64,000 nt of DNA, from assembly GCA_963612015.1 (NCBI GenBank), contig CAVDTR010000002.1:75179-139178 (forward strand), in the 5' to 3' direction. The notes below the pieces were generated by a model, which saw only the letters and a program-made list of their open reading frames with translations, was not told where the DNA came from and did not search any database. The stretch comes from Lachnospiraceae bacterium. Lineage in GTDB: Bacteria > Bacillota > Clostridia > Lachnospirales > Lachnospiraceae. Made by a program: the position numbers and the translations under genes. Of the stretch, positions 1 through 11,328 are shown piece after piece (the first letter of the stretch is position 1; every line of letters begins with the position of its first letter).

Positions 1-438
1 GCGGCGTGCAGTCTTGTCAATGCGGATGCCGCGGATCTCCACGATGTCATTCTCCACAACATTGCTTCCGATCAGGCGCTCGTAACGTGCCAGATGCGCC
101 TTGACGCGGGCAACCAGCTCGCTCGGTGAGAAAGGCTTTGTGATATAGTCATCTGCGCCCAGTCCCAGTCCCCGTATCTTGTCAATGTCATCCTTCTTGG
201 CGGAAACCATAAGGATCGGCATATTTTTCTTCTCACGGATCTCCTTGCAGATCTCAAAGCCGTCAATGCCCGGAAGCATAAGATCCAGAATGAATAGATC
301 AAAGTCCTCCGCAAGAGCTCTTGCAAGCCCGGATGTACCATCGTTTTCGATCTGAACTTCAAAGCCGCTCAGCTCCAGATAATCCTTCTCCAGATTGGCG
401 ATATCTACCTCATCCTCAACAATCAATATTCTGCTCAT
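1..438 (-). CDS. OmpR-family response regulator (3' end runs off the window)
   Basis: Not in the ORF track. Manual translation from ATG 438: MSRILIVEDEVDIANLEKDYL...FDLFILDLMLPGIDG...ADDYITKPFSPSELVARVKAHL. Overlaps the kinase stop codon. Confidence 0.93.
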   Translation of the reverse strand, partial: MSRILIVEDEVDIANLEKDYLELSGFEVQIENDGTSGLARALAEDFDLFILDLMLPGIDGFEICKEIREKKNMPILMVSAKKDDIDKIRGLGLGADDYITKPFSPSELVARVKAHLARYERLIGSNVVENDIVEIRGIRIDKTARR

Positions 439-1921
439 TGTTATAAACCTCCTCGTATTTACGAATTACAAAGTACATGGTCGTTCCGTTGTCCTCTTTG
501 CTCGTCGCCCAGATCTTGCCGCCGTGATCGTCGATGATCTTCTTTACGATTGACAGTCCGATGCCGCTTCCGCCGGTTGCGGAATTGCGGGATGCATCTG
601 CGCGGAAGAACCGGTCGAAGATATATGGAAGGTCGCGCTGTGCGATGCCCCTTCCGTTGTCCTCAAGCTCTACCTGTATGAAGTCCCCAACATCCTTGAT
701 CCGGATATTGATAAATCCGTTCTTCTTATCCATATACTTGATGGAATTGCTGATGATATTGTTGATCACGCGCCGCAACTGCTCCGGATCGGCAATGATC
801 AGCACGTCAGGATCTACATAATTGTAGTAGGCAAGTCCGATGCCCTTCGCTTCGAGATCCAGCCCGATCTCCTCTACGCAATCCTGAAAATACTCACTGA
901 CATTGATCTTGGCGAAGTTGTACGGAATACGGTTCGCATCAATCTTGGAATAAAGCGTCAGCTCATTGATCAGCGTGTCCATCTCGTTTGCCTTGTTGTA
1001 GATCGTGCGCACATACTTATCTACCTTCTCCGGCGTGTTCGCCACACCGTCGATGATTCCCTCGGCATAGCCCTTGACCGCCGTGATCGGTGTCTTTAGG
1101 TCGTGGGCGATGTTGCTGATGAGCGCGCGGTTCTCCTTCTCGTCCGAGATCTTCTCCTCTGCGTTGTCCTTTAAGCGCAGCCGCATCTCCTCAAACGCCA
1201 CACCGAGCTGTCCGATCTCATCGTCGCCGCCTACATCCACGGTAAAGTCCAGATTGCCGTTCTTGATATTCTCCGCCGCAACCTGCAACTTCTTGACCGG
1301 TGTGACAAGGCTGCTGTATATCCACACGATCATCAAAAATGCGGTAAACACAAGGATCACAACGATCGAGATCACGATCTTAAGGAAGAAGTTGCGAAGC
1401 TCCGGCACCATCTCCTCAATACTTGTAACAAGATAGATCGATCCGGGTGTCTGGTCTGTGAAGAAAAAGTCGATCTGCTTGACAAGAACCTCCTGATCAC
1501 CGTCCACATAGCTGGACGCTTTCTCCTTCTCCTGCACACCCTTGCATTCCGGAAGCGATGCAACCAGCTCCTCGTTCTCCTGCCCGCCGTTGAACAGTAC
1601 ATCGTTCTTTTGCTTTACGATCAGGTAGGAATTGGCATCCTGCAATTCATTGTTGGTCTGTATCAGATACTGGGTGTCCTCCAGAACCTGCGGCTGGTCG
1701 ATACTGTCTGAAAGCAGTTGATCGTAAGTATCCTCCGTCATACGGTTTAGGATCTGTACCGTGCTCGTCAGGGAATAGCCCTCCGCGTCACGGATACCGT
1801 AAGCCTGCTCGATCGTCCTCGTCTGCATCTTCTGGAATACCGAAAATGCCATAATCGCTAAGATGATCGGGATAAAGATTACAATAAAAAAAGAAATGAT
1901 AAGTTTATTTTTCATTTTCAT
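416..1921 (-). CDS. HAMP-domain sensor histidine kinase
   Basis: Two TM segments, HAMP, H-box AHDLKTP, N/G boxes (NSIKY, DNGRG, GSGIGL). Start moved to ATG 1921 after GGAG. Confidence 0.93.
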   Translation of the reverse strand: MKMKNKLIISFFIVIFIPIILAIMAFSVFQKMQTRTIEQAYGIRDAEGYSLTSTVQILNRMTEDTYDQLLSDSIDQPQVLEDTQYLIQTNNELQDANSYLIVKQKNDVLFNGGQENEELVASLPECKGVQEKEKASSYVDGDQEVLVKQIDFFFTDQTPGSIYLVTSIEEMVPELRNFFLKIVISIVVILVFTAFLMIVWIYSSLVTPVKKLQVAAENIKNGNLDFTVDVGGDDEIGQLGVAFEEMRLRLKDNAEEKISDEKENRALISNIAHDLKTPITAVKGYAEGIIDGVANTPEKVDKYVRTIYNKANEMDTLINELTLYSKIDANRIPYNFAKINVSEYFQDCVEEIGLDLEAKGIGLAYYNYVDPDVLIIADPEQLRRVINNIISNSIKYMDKKNGFINIRIKDVGDFIQVELEDNGRGIAQRDLPYIFDRFFRADASRNSATGGSGIGLSIVKKIIDDHGGKIWATSKEDNGTTMYFVIRKYEEVYNNEQNIDC

Positions 1922-1969
1922 ATATGTAATTCTCCATAAAAAATGTACGCATACATCATGTATGCGTAC

Positions 1970-1998
1970 ATTATAGCATGTGCCTCTATGCAAAGCAA
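1970..1998 (-). promoter_or_regulatory. sigma-A promoter of the kinase/regulator pair
   Basis: TTGCTT-17bp-TATAAT with extended TGn. Confidence 0.6.
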
Positions 1999-2034
1999 AA
2001 GGACTTCGTTAATTTTTTGTTAAAAAAGCATAAA

Positions 2035-3216
2035 TTAGAGGTACTTCTTCAAAGCCTCTGCCTTGTCGGTTGCCTCCCAAGGAAGGTCAAGGTCGGTACG
2101 TCCGAAGTGTCCGTATGCAGCGGTTCCACGGTAGATTGGTCTGCGCAGGTCAAGCATCTTGATGATTCCAGCCGGACGCAGGTCGAAGTTCTCACGAACG
2201 ATCTCAACTAACTTCTCATCGGACAGCTTGCCGGTTCCAAAGGTATCAACCATGATGGATGTCGGCTGTGCAACACCGATCGCGTAGGAAAGCTGGATCT
2301 CGCAACGCTCTGCAAGTCCTGCTGCAACGATATTCTTTGCAACGTAACGTGCTGCGTAAGCTGCGGAACGGTCAACCTTTGTGCAGTCCTTGCCGGAGAA
2401 AGCTCCGCCGCCGTGACGTGCATATCCACCGTAGGTGTCTACGATGATCTTACGTCCGGTAAGACCTGCATCGCCGTGTGGTCCACCGATAACGAAACGT
2501 CCGGTCGGATTGATAAAGAACTTGGTGTCCGCATCGACCATATCCTGTGGAAGGATCGGATCGAATACATACTTCTTGATATCCTCATGGATCTGCTCCT
2601 GAGTCACATCCTCATCATGCTGTGTAGAAAGGACAACTGCCTCTAGACGGGTTGGCTTTCCAGCCTCATCGTACTCAACGGAAACCTGTGTCTTTCCATC
2701 CGGACGAAGGTAGGTCAGTGTGCCATCCTTGCGTACCTTGGTAAGCTGGAGTGCAAGCTTGTGTGCAAGCTCGATCGGGTAAGGCATAAGCTCCGGTGTC
2801 TCGTTGGTCGCATAACCAAACATCATACCCTGATCTCCTGCTCCGGTGTCAAGGTCATCGGTCAGCTCTCCTGCCTTTGCCTCAAGTGCCTTGTCAACAC
2901 CCATAGCAATATCGGTAGACTGCTGGTCAAGTGCTACCATAATTGCGCAGGAATTGCCGTCAAGTCCCTTCTTACCGTCGTCATAGCCGATCTCAAGCAC
3001 CGTCTTGCGGACGATCGCCGGGATATCTAACTGTGCCTTTGTGGTAATCTCTCCTGTTACAAGTACAAATCCGGTACAGCTTGCTGTCTCACATGCAACA
3101 CGGCTCATAGGATCCTGTTCCATGCATGCGTCAAGGATTGCGTCGGATACTGCATCACACATTTTGTCCGGATGTCCTTCGGTAACGGACTCGGATGTAA
3201 ATAAACGTTTCTCCAT
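2035..3216 (-). CDS. metK: S-adenosylmethionine synthetase
   Basis: [19 protein letters not shown] and GGGAFSGKD motifs. Confidence 0.99.
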   Translation of the reverse strand: MEKRLFTSESVTEGHPDKMCDAVSDAILDACMEQDPMSRVACETASCTGFVLVTGEITTKAQLDIPAIVRKTVLEIGYDDGKKGLDGNSCAIMVALDQQSTDIAMGVDKALEAKAGELTDDLDTGAGDQGMMFGYATNETPELMPYPIELAHKLALQLTKVRKDGTLTYLRPDGKTQVSVEYDEAGKPTRLEAVVLSTQHDEDVTQEQIHEDIKKYVFDPILPQDMVDADTKFFINPTGRFVIGGPHGDAGLTGRKIIVDTYGGYARHGGGAFSGKDCTKVDRSAAYAARYVAKNIVAAGLAERCEIQLSYAIGVAQPTSIMVDTFGTGKLSDEKLVEIVRENFDLRPAGIIKMLDLRRPIYRGTAAYGHFGRTDLDLPWEATDKAEALKKYL

Positions 3217-3277
3217 TCTTTTGTGCTCCTCTCAATAAAGTTGTCGGTTCATGTGAAACTATGTAATTTTTCACACT

Positions 3278-3306
3278 AAAAAATCCGCTTACGAAATAAG
3301 CGGATT
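3278..3306 (-). terminator. expression-platform terminator of the SAM-I riboswitch
   Basis: AATCCGCTTA/TAAGCGGATT stem followed by a T-run on the minus strand, between aptamer and metK. Confidence 0.8.
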
Positions 3307-3328
3307 CAAATACCAAGATAATCAAATC

Positions 3329-3430
3329 CTCTTATTGTTCGATTGCTCGCTCAGGTAGGCACCTTCCTGCAAAATGCGGGGTTGCCGTGGCTTCATAGAT
3401 CCTATGTATCTCCACCACTCTGAATAAGAG
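3329..3430 (-). ncRNA. SAM-I (S-box) riboswitch aptamer
   Basis: Minus strand CTCTTATTCAGAGTGGTGGAG...TGAAGCCACGGCAACC...GGTGCC...AATAAG follows the SAM-I consensus. Upstream of metK, with a TTGACA-17-TATCGT promoter at 3465-3493. Confidence 0.92.
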
Positions 3431-3568
3431 AAAATACAATATAGAATTTTCAAATCTCGGACATACGATACATCTATTTTGCAGACTTGTCAAGGGCAAA
3501 TTTTATTGACTTTCACTCTGACAAATTTTATACTACAATATTAGAGTAAGTTATGGGAGGGAAACGAC

Positions 3569-4696
3569 ATGCGAACATTGCAGCCATACGATCTACAACC
3601 GGGAATGAAACTGATAGAAGCTGTCATAACGCCAAGCGGACAGGTGCTCGCGCCTGCCGGCTCAGAGATCACACGTCAGCTTATCAACCGTATGAAGCTC
3701 TACCGCGTCGCTTCCGCCGTTGTCGAGGGGGAGGATATCTCTGCCACGCCTGTTGCACCGGTTGCAGCAGCACCCGTTTCCGAACCTCCGAAGCCCCACA
3801 CCTACATTAACGAGAGTAAGACAGCCAAGCAGAAGGTTGCCTCCTCCGATGCGTTCCACACCTTCCAGATGCAGTATGCGATGGCGATGGAAGAATTGAA
3901 AAAGGTATTTACCGACATTGTAAATTACGGAAAAGAGATCGAGCCGGATGTACTGCTCGACTGTGTTGCCGATCTGTTCCGCTCACGCAACACCATTACC
4001 GAGCTTTTTGATATGCTCAACAATACCCGCACCATCAATGATTCGGTCTATGCGCACAGTGTCAATGTTGCCCTGATCGCGCGAATGATCGGGCGTTGGC
4101 TGAAAATGGAGCCACATGATCTGAAGATCTTAACGCTTGCAGGTCTGCTTCACGACATCGGCAAGGTTAAGGTTCCGGAGGAGATCCTCAACAAGTCCGG
4201 TTCCCTGACCGATGAGGAATTTGCGCTGATCAAGAATCACCCGCGCTACGGCTATGACATTTTAAAATACCAGAGCATCGATCCGCGCATCAAAAAAGCA
4301 GCTCTTATGCACCATGAACGCTGCGACGGCTCCGGCTATCCTTCCCATCTGACGGAGGATAACATCGATGAATTTGCAATGATCATCGCGATCGCCGATG
4401 TGTATGACGCGATGACTGCTGCGCGTTCTTACCGCGCTCCGCTGTGCGCCTTCCAGGTAATCAGCAATTTTGAAAAAGACGGATACCAGAAATACAACAC
4501 GCGCTATCTGCTCACCTTTTTAAAGCGAATCGCTGCGACCTATCAGAGCAACCGCGTAGTTCTCAATGACGGCAGGGGCTGCAATATCGTGATGCTCAAC
4601 CAGAACGATCTTTCCCGTCCGATCGTCCAGTTCGACGACAATTCGTGTCTGGATCTTTCGACCAACCGCGATCTGTACATCAAAGCGATCATATAA
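3569..4696 (+). CDS. HD-GYP domain protein (putative c-di-GMP phosphodiesterase)
   Basis: LLHDIGK, HHERCDGSGYP and ADVYDAM motifs. TTGACT-17-TATACT promoter at 3506-3534. Confidence 0.9.
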   Translation: MRTLQPYDLQPGMKLIEAVITPSGQVLAPAGSEITRQLINRMKLYRVASAVVEGEDISATPVAPVAAAPVSEPPKPHTYINESKTAKQKVASSDAFHTFQMQYAMAMEELKKVFTDIVNYGKEIEPDVLLDCVADLFRSRNTITELFDMLNNTRTINDSVYAHSVNVALIARMIGRWLKMEPHDLKILTLAGLLHDIGKVKVPEEILNKSGSLTDEEFALIKNHPRYGYDILKYQSIDPRIKKAALMHHERCDGSGYPSHLTEDNIDEFAMIIAIADVYDAMTAARSYRAPLCAFQVISNFEKDGYQKYNTRYLLTFLKRIAATYQSNRVVLNDGRGCNIVMLNQNDLSRPIVQFDDNSCLDLSTNRDLYIKAII

Positions 4697-4716
4697 TGGC
4701 TATTCCTACATATACA

Positions 4717-4755
4717 AACAGGAGGCTGATCCTACACTGGTCAGCCTCCTGTTTT
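4717..4755. terminator. bidirectional intrinsic terminator
   Basis: AAACAGGAGGCTGA...TCAGCCTCCTGTTT between convergent genes. Confidence 0.85.
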
Positions 4756-4780
4756 ATTTTACTCTATAAACGATTCCGTT

Positions 4781-6073
4781 CTACGAAACCTTCAAAACGA
4801 ACTTCTGCAAATCCTTTTCATTGTCAACCTTTTCAATCTTGGCTCCAAGACTGGTCAGCTTCTCCTCAAGTGCCTCGTAACCACGCTCCACATAGTAGAT
4901 GTCATCCACTACCGTGATGCCGTCTGCTGCCAGACCTGCGATCACAAGTGCTGCTCCGGCGCGAAGATCCGGTGCATTCACGCGCGCTCCGGTATACTTC
5001 GGAACACCTGTTATGATCGCAATATTGCTCTCAACCTTGATCTCTGCTCCCATGCGGGTAAGCTCATCCACATACTTGAAGCGGTTCTCAAATATACTCT
5101 CTGTCACCGTGCTTGTGCCGGATGCAATTCCAAGAAGGACTGCCATCTGCGGCTGCATATCGGTCGGGAATCCCGGATACGGAAGTGTTGTAACCTGTGT
5201 GTGCTGCAGCTTGCCATTGGAGACAACGCGGACAGCATCATCAAATTCCTCTACCTGGCATCCAACCTCCAAAAGCTTAGCGGTTGTAGCCTCAAGATGC
5301 TTCGGGATAACGTTCTTTACAAGTACATCTCCACCGGTCGCAGCAACTGCGAACATAAATGTTCCGGCTTCGATCTGATCCGGAATGATCGAATACTCTG
5401 TCTTATGTAGCTTCTCCACTCCGACGATACGGATGACATCCGTACCTGCGCCACGGATATTTGCGCCCATGCTGTTAAGGAAGTTCGCAACGTCAACGAC
5501 ATGCGGCTCCTTTGCTGCATTCTCGATCACGGTCTTGCCCTCTGCCATCGCTGCTGCCATCATAATATTGATTGTAGCGCCGACAGATACCTTATCCAGA
5601 TAAATATGTGTTCCCTTTAACTGGTCTGCCGCTACCTTGAAAAGTCCATGACTGATATCTACGGTAGCGCCCATTGCACGAAAGCCCTTCATGTGAAGGT
5701 CGATCGGACGGCTTCCGATATCACAGCCACCCGGAAGAGCGACCTCTGCTCTCTTGTACTTGCCGAGCAACGCACCGATCAGATAGTAGGACGCACGGAT
5801 CTTGCGGATAAACTCATTGTCAACGGTCACATCCTGAATAAATGAACCATTGATCTTAACCTTATGTGGGTTCACGCGCTCCACATGCGCACCGATCTCC
5901 TCAATGGCATGCAAAAGGACATTAATATCGCGGACATTTGGCAGATTATCTATTGTAACGGTCTCATCAGTCATAATCGCGGCAGCAAGAATCGCCAGCG
6001 CTGCATTTTTAGCACCGCCGATCACTACCTCACCATATAAAGGAGAGCCTCCCTTAATCACATACTGTTCCAT
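4781..6073 (-). CDS. murA: UDP-N-acetylglucosamine 1-carboxyvinyltransferase
   Basis: GAKNA, LPGGCDIGSRP (catalytic Cys), PGFPTD, DLRAGA. Confidence 0.97.
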   Translation of the reverse strand: MEQYVIKGGSPLYGEVVIGGAKNAALAILAAAIMTDETVTIDNLPNVRDINVLLHAIEEIGAHVERVNPHKVKINGSFIQDVTVDNEFIRKIRASYYLIGALLGKYKRAEVALPGGCDIGSRPIDLHMKGFRAMGATVDISHGLFKVAADQLKGTHIYLDKVSVGATINIMMAAAMAEGKTVIENAAKEPHVVDVANFLNSMGANIRGAGTDVIRIVGVEKLHKTEYSIIPDQIEAGTFMFAVAATGGDVLVKNVIPKHLEATTAKLLEVGCQVEEFDDAVRVVSNGKLQHTQVTTLPYPGFPTDMQPQMAVLLGIASGTSTVTESIFENRFKYVDELTRMGAEIKVESNIAIITGVPKYTGARVNAPDLRAGAALVIAGLAADGITVVDDIYYVERGYEALEEKLTSLGAKIEKVDNEKDLQKFVLKVS

Positions 6074-6112
6074 TTTACACCTCAAAGAACTCTTACACTA
6101 CATCATATTCAA

Positions 6113-6613
6113 TCATTGGAATTGTTCTAATAATTTTTGAATCGTTTGTTCAATATTCAGATTCTCTTCTGAGATCGTTACATCCGCATAGTGTTCGTAC
6201 AGAGGAACTCTCTCCTCGTACAGATCATAAAGCGTCTGTCCATCCTTCAACACAACTCCACGACCTTTGATGTCCGCAAGCCGCTCCTGTATCGTGTCGA
6301 ACGACACCTCCAAATATATAACCGTTCCGATTTCTTTTAAGTGGCGCATGGCTTCCTCGCCGTACACGACACTTCCCCCAGTAGCTATAATCGTACGTTC
6401 CGCGCGAATTCCTGCATTTACGCGATTCTCTACCTCAATAAATCCTTCTGTTCCCTGCTCTGCGATGATCTCACGCAGAAGCTTCCCCTCCTGCTGCTGG
6501 ATGAGCAGATCTGCATCCAGGAACCGGTATCCCAGCTCTTTTGCCAATATTACGCCAATGGTGCTCTTTCCGACACCCGGCATACCGATCAGTACAATGT
6601 TGCTCTTTGACAT
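6113..6613 (-). CDS. aroK: shikimate kinase
   Basis: GMPGVGKST P-loop, DAD, ATGGS, R..LY. Confidence 0.93.
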   Translation of the reverse strand: MSKSNIVLIGMPGVGKSTIGVILAKELGYRFLDADLLIQQQEGKLLREIIAEQGTEGFIEVENRVNAGIRAERTIIATGGSVVYGEEAMRHLKEIGTVIYLEVSFDTIQERLADIKGRGVVLKDGQTLYDLYEERVPLYEHYADVTISEENLNIEQTIQKLLEQFQ

Positions 6614-6617
6614 ATTT

Positions 6618-7712
6618 TTATTCTTGTGCAGCTTCTGTGCCTTCTGTTGTCTCTGTCTCTTCTGCTGCAGTATCCTCTGTCGTCTCTGTTGACTCTGTAT
6701 CCTCCGTAGACGGCTGTGAGAATGTATTCTTGAGCTGGATCTTTGCGATCTGCTTGTCGCTTACCTTCCAGCCGTCATCCTCCTGCCATCCGGCAAGAAC
6801 CTCATCGTATAAAGAGGTCTGACGATCCTCGATGATCGACTCGCGGTTGGATTCGGTCGCATCCTCGTCGGTCTCTTTGTCGAGACGCACAATATAGAGT
6901 GCGGAATCTGTCTTGATAAGCTCTGACATTTCACCCTCATGCAATGCATCGAGTGCTGTCTTGACATCCTCGTTTAAGGAAGTATTGTCAGCCGCGTATG
7001 TACCGGTCGTCGGGTTTACATCATGTGCCTCCGCAACGGTCTCAAGATCAGCCGGATCGGTGATCTCTGCGTAAACATCAGCCGCCTCGGTCTCGATCGC
7101 AGCCTTCTCCTCACCGGTCAGTTCTACAAGGTTGTTGTCCTCATCATAAGAGCCTGCGGTAGAAAATGTAAGCATGGTATATGCGCGCATGTTTGCTTCC
7201 TCGTCTGACACATTGGTGTCAGCGGTCGCATAGATCGCGCTTGTCATCTTATCCTTGATGGTCTGTAATGTCAGAAATTCGATTACTGCATCGCGGGTTG
7301 CACCGATCTCATCCAGAGTATCGGCATCATTGCCTGCGAGGAACGCATCTGCCGCATCTGCGATTGCGGTATTCTCCTCATCGGTCAGTGATACATTGTA
7401 ATCAGCCATGTGATTCTTTAACGTATACATCTCATGCAGACTGTCCATAACAGAGCTCTTGACGGTATCTGTCATTGTTGATCCGTTGCCGGAGACATCC
7501 TTTGTCCAGACTTCATCACCGAAGATCTGGCGGTAGAAAGAATCCGCGATCACCTGCTGATAACGGATCACAAAGTTGGTAACCTCCATCGTAACGGTCG
7601 TTCCGTCAGAAAAAGACGCTGCTGTTGCATTTTTATTGATTCCGCATCCGGTCATGGCAGAGATAGCAAGTGCTCCTGTCAGACATAATGCTGCTAATTT
7701 TTTCGTATTCAT
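6618..7712 (-). CDS. PrsA-like foldase lipoprotein (PPIase/SurA-like) with acidic tail
   Basis: Lipobox AMTGC, C-terminal GEMSELIKT..LYIVR, position after mfd typical of prsA. Own promoter TTGCCA-17-TATAAT at 7762-7790. Confidence 0.75.
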   Translation of the reverse strand: MNTKKLAALCLTGALAISAMTGCGINKNATAASFSDGTTVTMEVTNFVIRYQQVIADSFYRQIFGDEVWTKDVSGNGSTMTDTVKSSVMDSLHEMYTLKNHMADYNVSLTDEENTAIADAADAFLAGNDADTLDEIGATRDAVIEFLTLQTIKDKMTSAIYATADTNVSDEEANMRAYTMLTFSTAGSYDEDNNLVELTGEEKAAIETEAADVYAEITDPADLETVAEAHDVNPTTGTYAADNTSLNEDVKTALDALHEGEMSELIKTDSALYIVRLDKETDEDATESNRESIIEDRQTSLYDEVLAGWQEDDGWKVSDKQIAKIQLKNTFSQPSTEDTESTETTEDTAAEETETTEGTEAAQE

Positions 7713-7797
7713 GGTTCCTCCTAAAGTGGCTTTTCTCATTTTACATAAGATTGCTCGATATATTATAGTGCTTTTTGATGCAACTGGCAACTGTTTT

Positions 7798-10700
7798 TTA
7801 CTTGGATGCCAAAAGGTTCTCCTCCATCGCCCCAAGAATTGTTTCTATCGTTTCCAGCACGTTCTGATTTTTGTCTCTGGAATTGACCTGCATCTGGTAA
7901 ATAAAATACGGATTTTTCGGATCTGCCACAAAGCGCATGACAGGCGCAAGCTGCGCGATCAGCCCCGGAATGCCGGACGGATCAATGCTTGCCTTTTCGT
8001 ACATGACCAGCTTGATCTCCTTTCCTCTCTGCACGACCTCCTGCACATACAGGCGGTGCGCACGTCCCTTAAGACATGCGATCGTAAGCAGGTTCAACAC
8101 CGATTTCGGCGGCTCCCCGAAGCGGTCGATCAGCTCCTCAAGCATCTCCTCTGCCTCCGCATTGTCCATGATGCCCGCGATCCGTTTGTAAATATCCAGC
8201 TTTTGCAGTTCGTTTGCAATGTAGCTTGGCGGGATATAGGCATCGGTCACCACATCCACGGAGGTGTCAAACTGCTCCACCGGTGCCGCGCCCTTTGCTT
8301 CCTTTACCGCCTCATTCAGCATCTTACAGTACAGATCGTAGCCGACTGCCTCCATGTGTCCGCTCTGCTCCGCACCCAAGAGATTGCCAGCACCGCGGAT
8401 CTCAAGGTCGCGCATTGCGATCTTAAAACCACTTCCAAGCTCCGAGTATTCCTTGATCGCAGCCAGACGTTTCTCCGCGATCTCCTTAAGCATCTTGTTG
8501 CGGCGGTACATTAAGAATGCATACGCGGTGCGGTTGGATCTTCCCACGCGCCCACGGAGCTGGTAAAGCTGCGACAAGCCCATGTTGTCCGCATCATGGA
8601 TGATCATGGTATTGACGTTGGAAATGTCCATTCCCGTCTCGATGATCGTCGTGGAAACAAGCACGTCGATATCGCCGTTGATGAAGTTGTACATGATACG
8701 CTCCAGATCCGTCTCCTTCATCTGTCCGTGCGCAAATGCCACATTCGCCTCCGGGACGAGCGACTGGATCTTTGTCGCCACCTCATCAATATCTTTTACC
8801 TTATTATATACATAGTATACCTGTCCATCGCGCGCAAGCTCCCTTGTGATTGCTTCGCGGACAAGCTCCTCGTTGTACTCCATAACGTAGGTCTGGATCG
8901 GCACACGATCCATCGGCGGCTCTTCGAGCACGCTCATATCCCGGATACCGATCAGGCTCATGTGGAGGGTACGCGGGATCGGGGTTGCCGTCAGCGTCAG
9001 CACATCCACGTTTGTTTTGAGTTGCTTGATCTTCTCCTTGTGCGCAACACCGAAGCGCTGCTCCTCATCGATAACCAAAAGTCCAAGATCCTTGTACTCC
9101 ACATCCTTGGATAAAAGGCGGTGCGTACCGATGATGATATCCACCTGTCCCTTCTTCAGCTTCTCAATCGTCTTTTTCTGCTCTGCGGAAGTACGGAATC
9201 TGCATAGCAGATCCACGTTTACCGGGAAATCCTTCATTCGCTGGGAAAACGTATTGTAGATCTGCTGCGCAAGGATCGTTGTCGGCGCCAGATAAGCCAC
9301 CTGCTTGTTCTCCTGCACCGCCTTGAAAGCTGCTCTTATCGCGATCTCCGTCTTGCCGTACCCAACGTCGCCACAGATCAGACGATCCATGATCTTCGGG
9401 CTTTGCATATCCTTCTTGGTCGCCTCGATGGCAAGGATCTGATCCTCCGTCTCCTCAAACGGAAACAGTTCCTCAAACTCCCGCTGCCATACCGTATCCG
9501 GTCCGTAGACAAATCCGTTTTTCTCCTCGCGGACGGCGTAGAGATTGACAAGATCCTGCGCGATCTGCTGCACCGCTCCGCGCACCCGGCTCTTGGTCTT
9601 TGTCCATTCCTGTCCGCCGAGCTTGTTCAGCTTCGGCTTCTTTGCGTCTTTTCCGGCATACTTCTGGATCAATTCAAGCTGCGTCGCAAGGATGTACAGA
9701 TTAGAGCCGCCGGAATACTCGATCTTGATGTAGTCCTTGACCTTCTTATCCACCTCGATCTTCTCGATACCCCGGTAGATACCGAGTCCGTGGTTCTCAT
9801 GCACCACATAATCACCGACAGAAAGATCCGTAAACTGCTGGATCTTTTCTCCCTCGTAGGTGCGGTGGCGCTTTTTCTTCTTATGCTCCGCACCGAAGAT
9901 GTCCGTATCCGTGATCACTGCGAATGGCAGGATCGGATATTCGTATCCGCGCTTTACCTTGCCGTAGCAGACCATGATCTGCCCCGGAACCAGGTCGTGA
10001 TTGTAATCCTCCGTGTAGAAGCTGCTCAGTCCCTCGTCAAACAGATCCTCCGCCAGCCGTTTTGCACGGCTTCTCGAACCGGAGAGCAGTATGATGCGGT
10101 AGCCATTCTTGCAGTAGCGCTTCAAGTCCTTTACCAGAAGCTCAAAGCTGCTGTTGTATGCGCTCACGCTCTTTACATGGATTGCAAACTGCCCGTTTGA
10201 CTTGAGTCCATACGTCTTTACATCGAGCGCCGCCACCGCCACGCAGGAAAACTTTGCGAGCTTTCCCATGATCTCTTTCTGCATAAAAAGCTCACGCATC
10301 TGCCCCGGCAGAATATATCCCATAGCGAGGCGCTGCTTCATGCTCTCGGAAAACTCAACCTCCGTCTGCTGCCCCCGCTCCACACAGCGTCCCAGCTCAT
10401 CCAGAAAGATCGTGGTATCCTCTGTGTCGAAGAAGTCTAAAAGGCACACCCTTTTCTCCGTAAAATAGGACAGACATGCATCGATCCCCGCATACAAAGA
10501 AAGCTCTCCCCACTGCTCGGCAAGCTCATCTGCCAGCGACTTCATGCGGTAGGCTTCCTCCGTTTTCATCTCCTTGCGAAGCTTTGCGGATGCTTGATCT
10601 GCCTCCTCCTGCAAGCGCGCGATGCCGTCCTGCAGCTCCGCGTCACTTAGCACCAGCTCACACGCCGGATAGACGATCACCTCTTCGAGATTATCGATAG

Positions 10701-11328
10701 ACTTCTGGCTCTCCACATCAAACGAACGGATCGTATCGATCTCATCCCCCCACAGCTCGATGCGCACCGGCTGCTCCTCCGTAAGCGGAAAAATGTCAAG
10801 GATTCCACCTCGGACGGCAAACTGTCCGCTGTTTTCCACCTGATATTCCTTCTCATAGCCCATACGGACAAGCTGTGCCACCGTCTGATCCAGATCAAGG
10901 CTCTCCCCCGGTGCAATGCGCAGGATGGAATCCCAGATTTTTTCCGGTGGTGCCATTGTATTCATCAGCGCATCAAACGTCGTGATAAGCGTCACCTGCT
11001 CCTGCTCATGGACCGCCTTTAACGCAGATATCCGCTGTGCTGTCAGCAGATTTCCACGGATGTCCGCTTGATAAAACAGCACGTCCTTCGCCGGATAATA
11101 GACTGCATTCGGGTCAAAAAACAGGTAATCCTCATACAGTTCTTTCGCTTTTTGCTCATGAAAAGTAACAATGATCTTATTCTTGCGATCATTGTTACAT
11201 GCAAAGATAATATGCGGTTTTTGCGCGTCAATACAGCCGGAAATCGTCACGAGTCCGGCATTCTGCGCCTGTTTTGTCATATCCGCGAATCCCGACAGAT
11301 CGCGGAGAGGTTCTAAAAATGCTTTCAC
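7798..11328 (-). CDS. mfd: transcription-repair coupling factor
   Basis: UvrB-like N-terminus, CarD-like [30 protein letters not shown] domain. Confidence 0.99.
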   Translation of the reverse strand: MKAFLEPLRDLSGFADMTKQAQNAGLVTISGCIDAQKPHIIFACNNDRKNKIIVTFHEQKAKELYEDYLFFDPNAVYYPAKDVLFYQADIRGNLLTAQRISALKAVHEQEQVTLITTFDALMNTMAPPEKIWDSILRIAPGESLDLDQTVAQLVRMGYEKEYQVENSGQFAVRGGILDIFPLTEEQPVRIELWGDEIDTIRSFDVESQKSIDNLEEVIVYPACELVLSDAELQDGIARLQEEADQASAKLRKEMKTEEAYRMKSLADELAEQWGELSLYAGIDACLSYFTEKRVCLLDFFDTEDTTIFLDELGRCVERGQQTEVEFSESMKQRLAMGYILPGQMRELFMQKEIMGKLAKFSCVAVAALDVKTYGLKSNGQFAIHVKSVSAYNSSFELLVKDLKRYCKNGYRIILLSGSRSRAKRLAEDLFDEGLSSFYTEDYNHDLVPGQIMVCYGKVKRGYEYPILPFAVITDTDIFGAEHKKKKRHRTYEGEKIQQFTDLSVGDYVVHENHGLGIYRGIEKIEVDKKVKDYIKIEYSGGSNLYILATQLELIQKYAGKDAKKPKLNKLGGQEWTKTKSRVRGAVQQIAQDLVNLYAVREEKNGFVYGPDTVWQREFEELFPFEETEDQILAIEATKKDMQSPKIMDRLICGDVGYGKTEIAIRAAFKAVQENKQVAYLAPTTILAQQIYNTFSQRMKDFPVNVDLLCRFRTSAEQKKTIEKLKKGQVDIIIGTHRLLSKDVEYKDLGLLVIDEEQRFGVAHKEKIKQLKTNVDVLTLTATPIPRTLHMSLIGIRDMSVLEEPPMDRVPIQTYVMEYNEELVREAITRELARDGQVYYVYNKVKDIDEVATKIQSLVPEANVAFAHGQMKETDLERIMYNFINGDIDVLVSTTIIETGMDISNVNTMIIHDADNMGLSQLYQLRGRVGRSNRTAYAFLMYRRNKMLKEIAEKRLAAIKEYSELGSGFKIAMRDLEIRGAGNLLGAEQSGHMEAVGYDLYCKMLNEAVKEAKGAAPVEQFDTSVDVVTDAYIPPSYIANELQKLDIYKRIAGIMDNAEAEEMLEELIDRFGEPPKSVLNLLTIACLKGRAHRLYVQEVVQRGKEIKLVMYEKASIDPSGIPGLIAQLAPVMRFVADPKNPYFIYQMQVNSRDKNQNVLETIETILGAMEENLLASK

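Noticed and set aside
6618..6720. Short tandem repeats at the 3' end of the PrsA-like gene
   Set aside because: They encode an ordinary low-complexity Glu/Thr tail.
7576..10200. Long antisense ORFs (7576-8514, 9403-10200, also 15096-15890, 40340-41125, 44321-45034, 55032-55850, 61705-62466)
   Set aside because: They are shadows of well-supported genes on the opposite strand and show no recognisable motifs.
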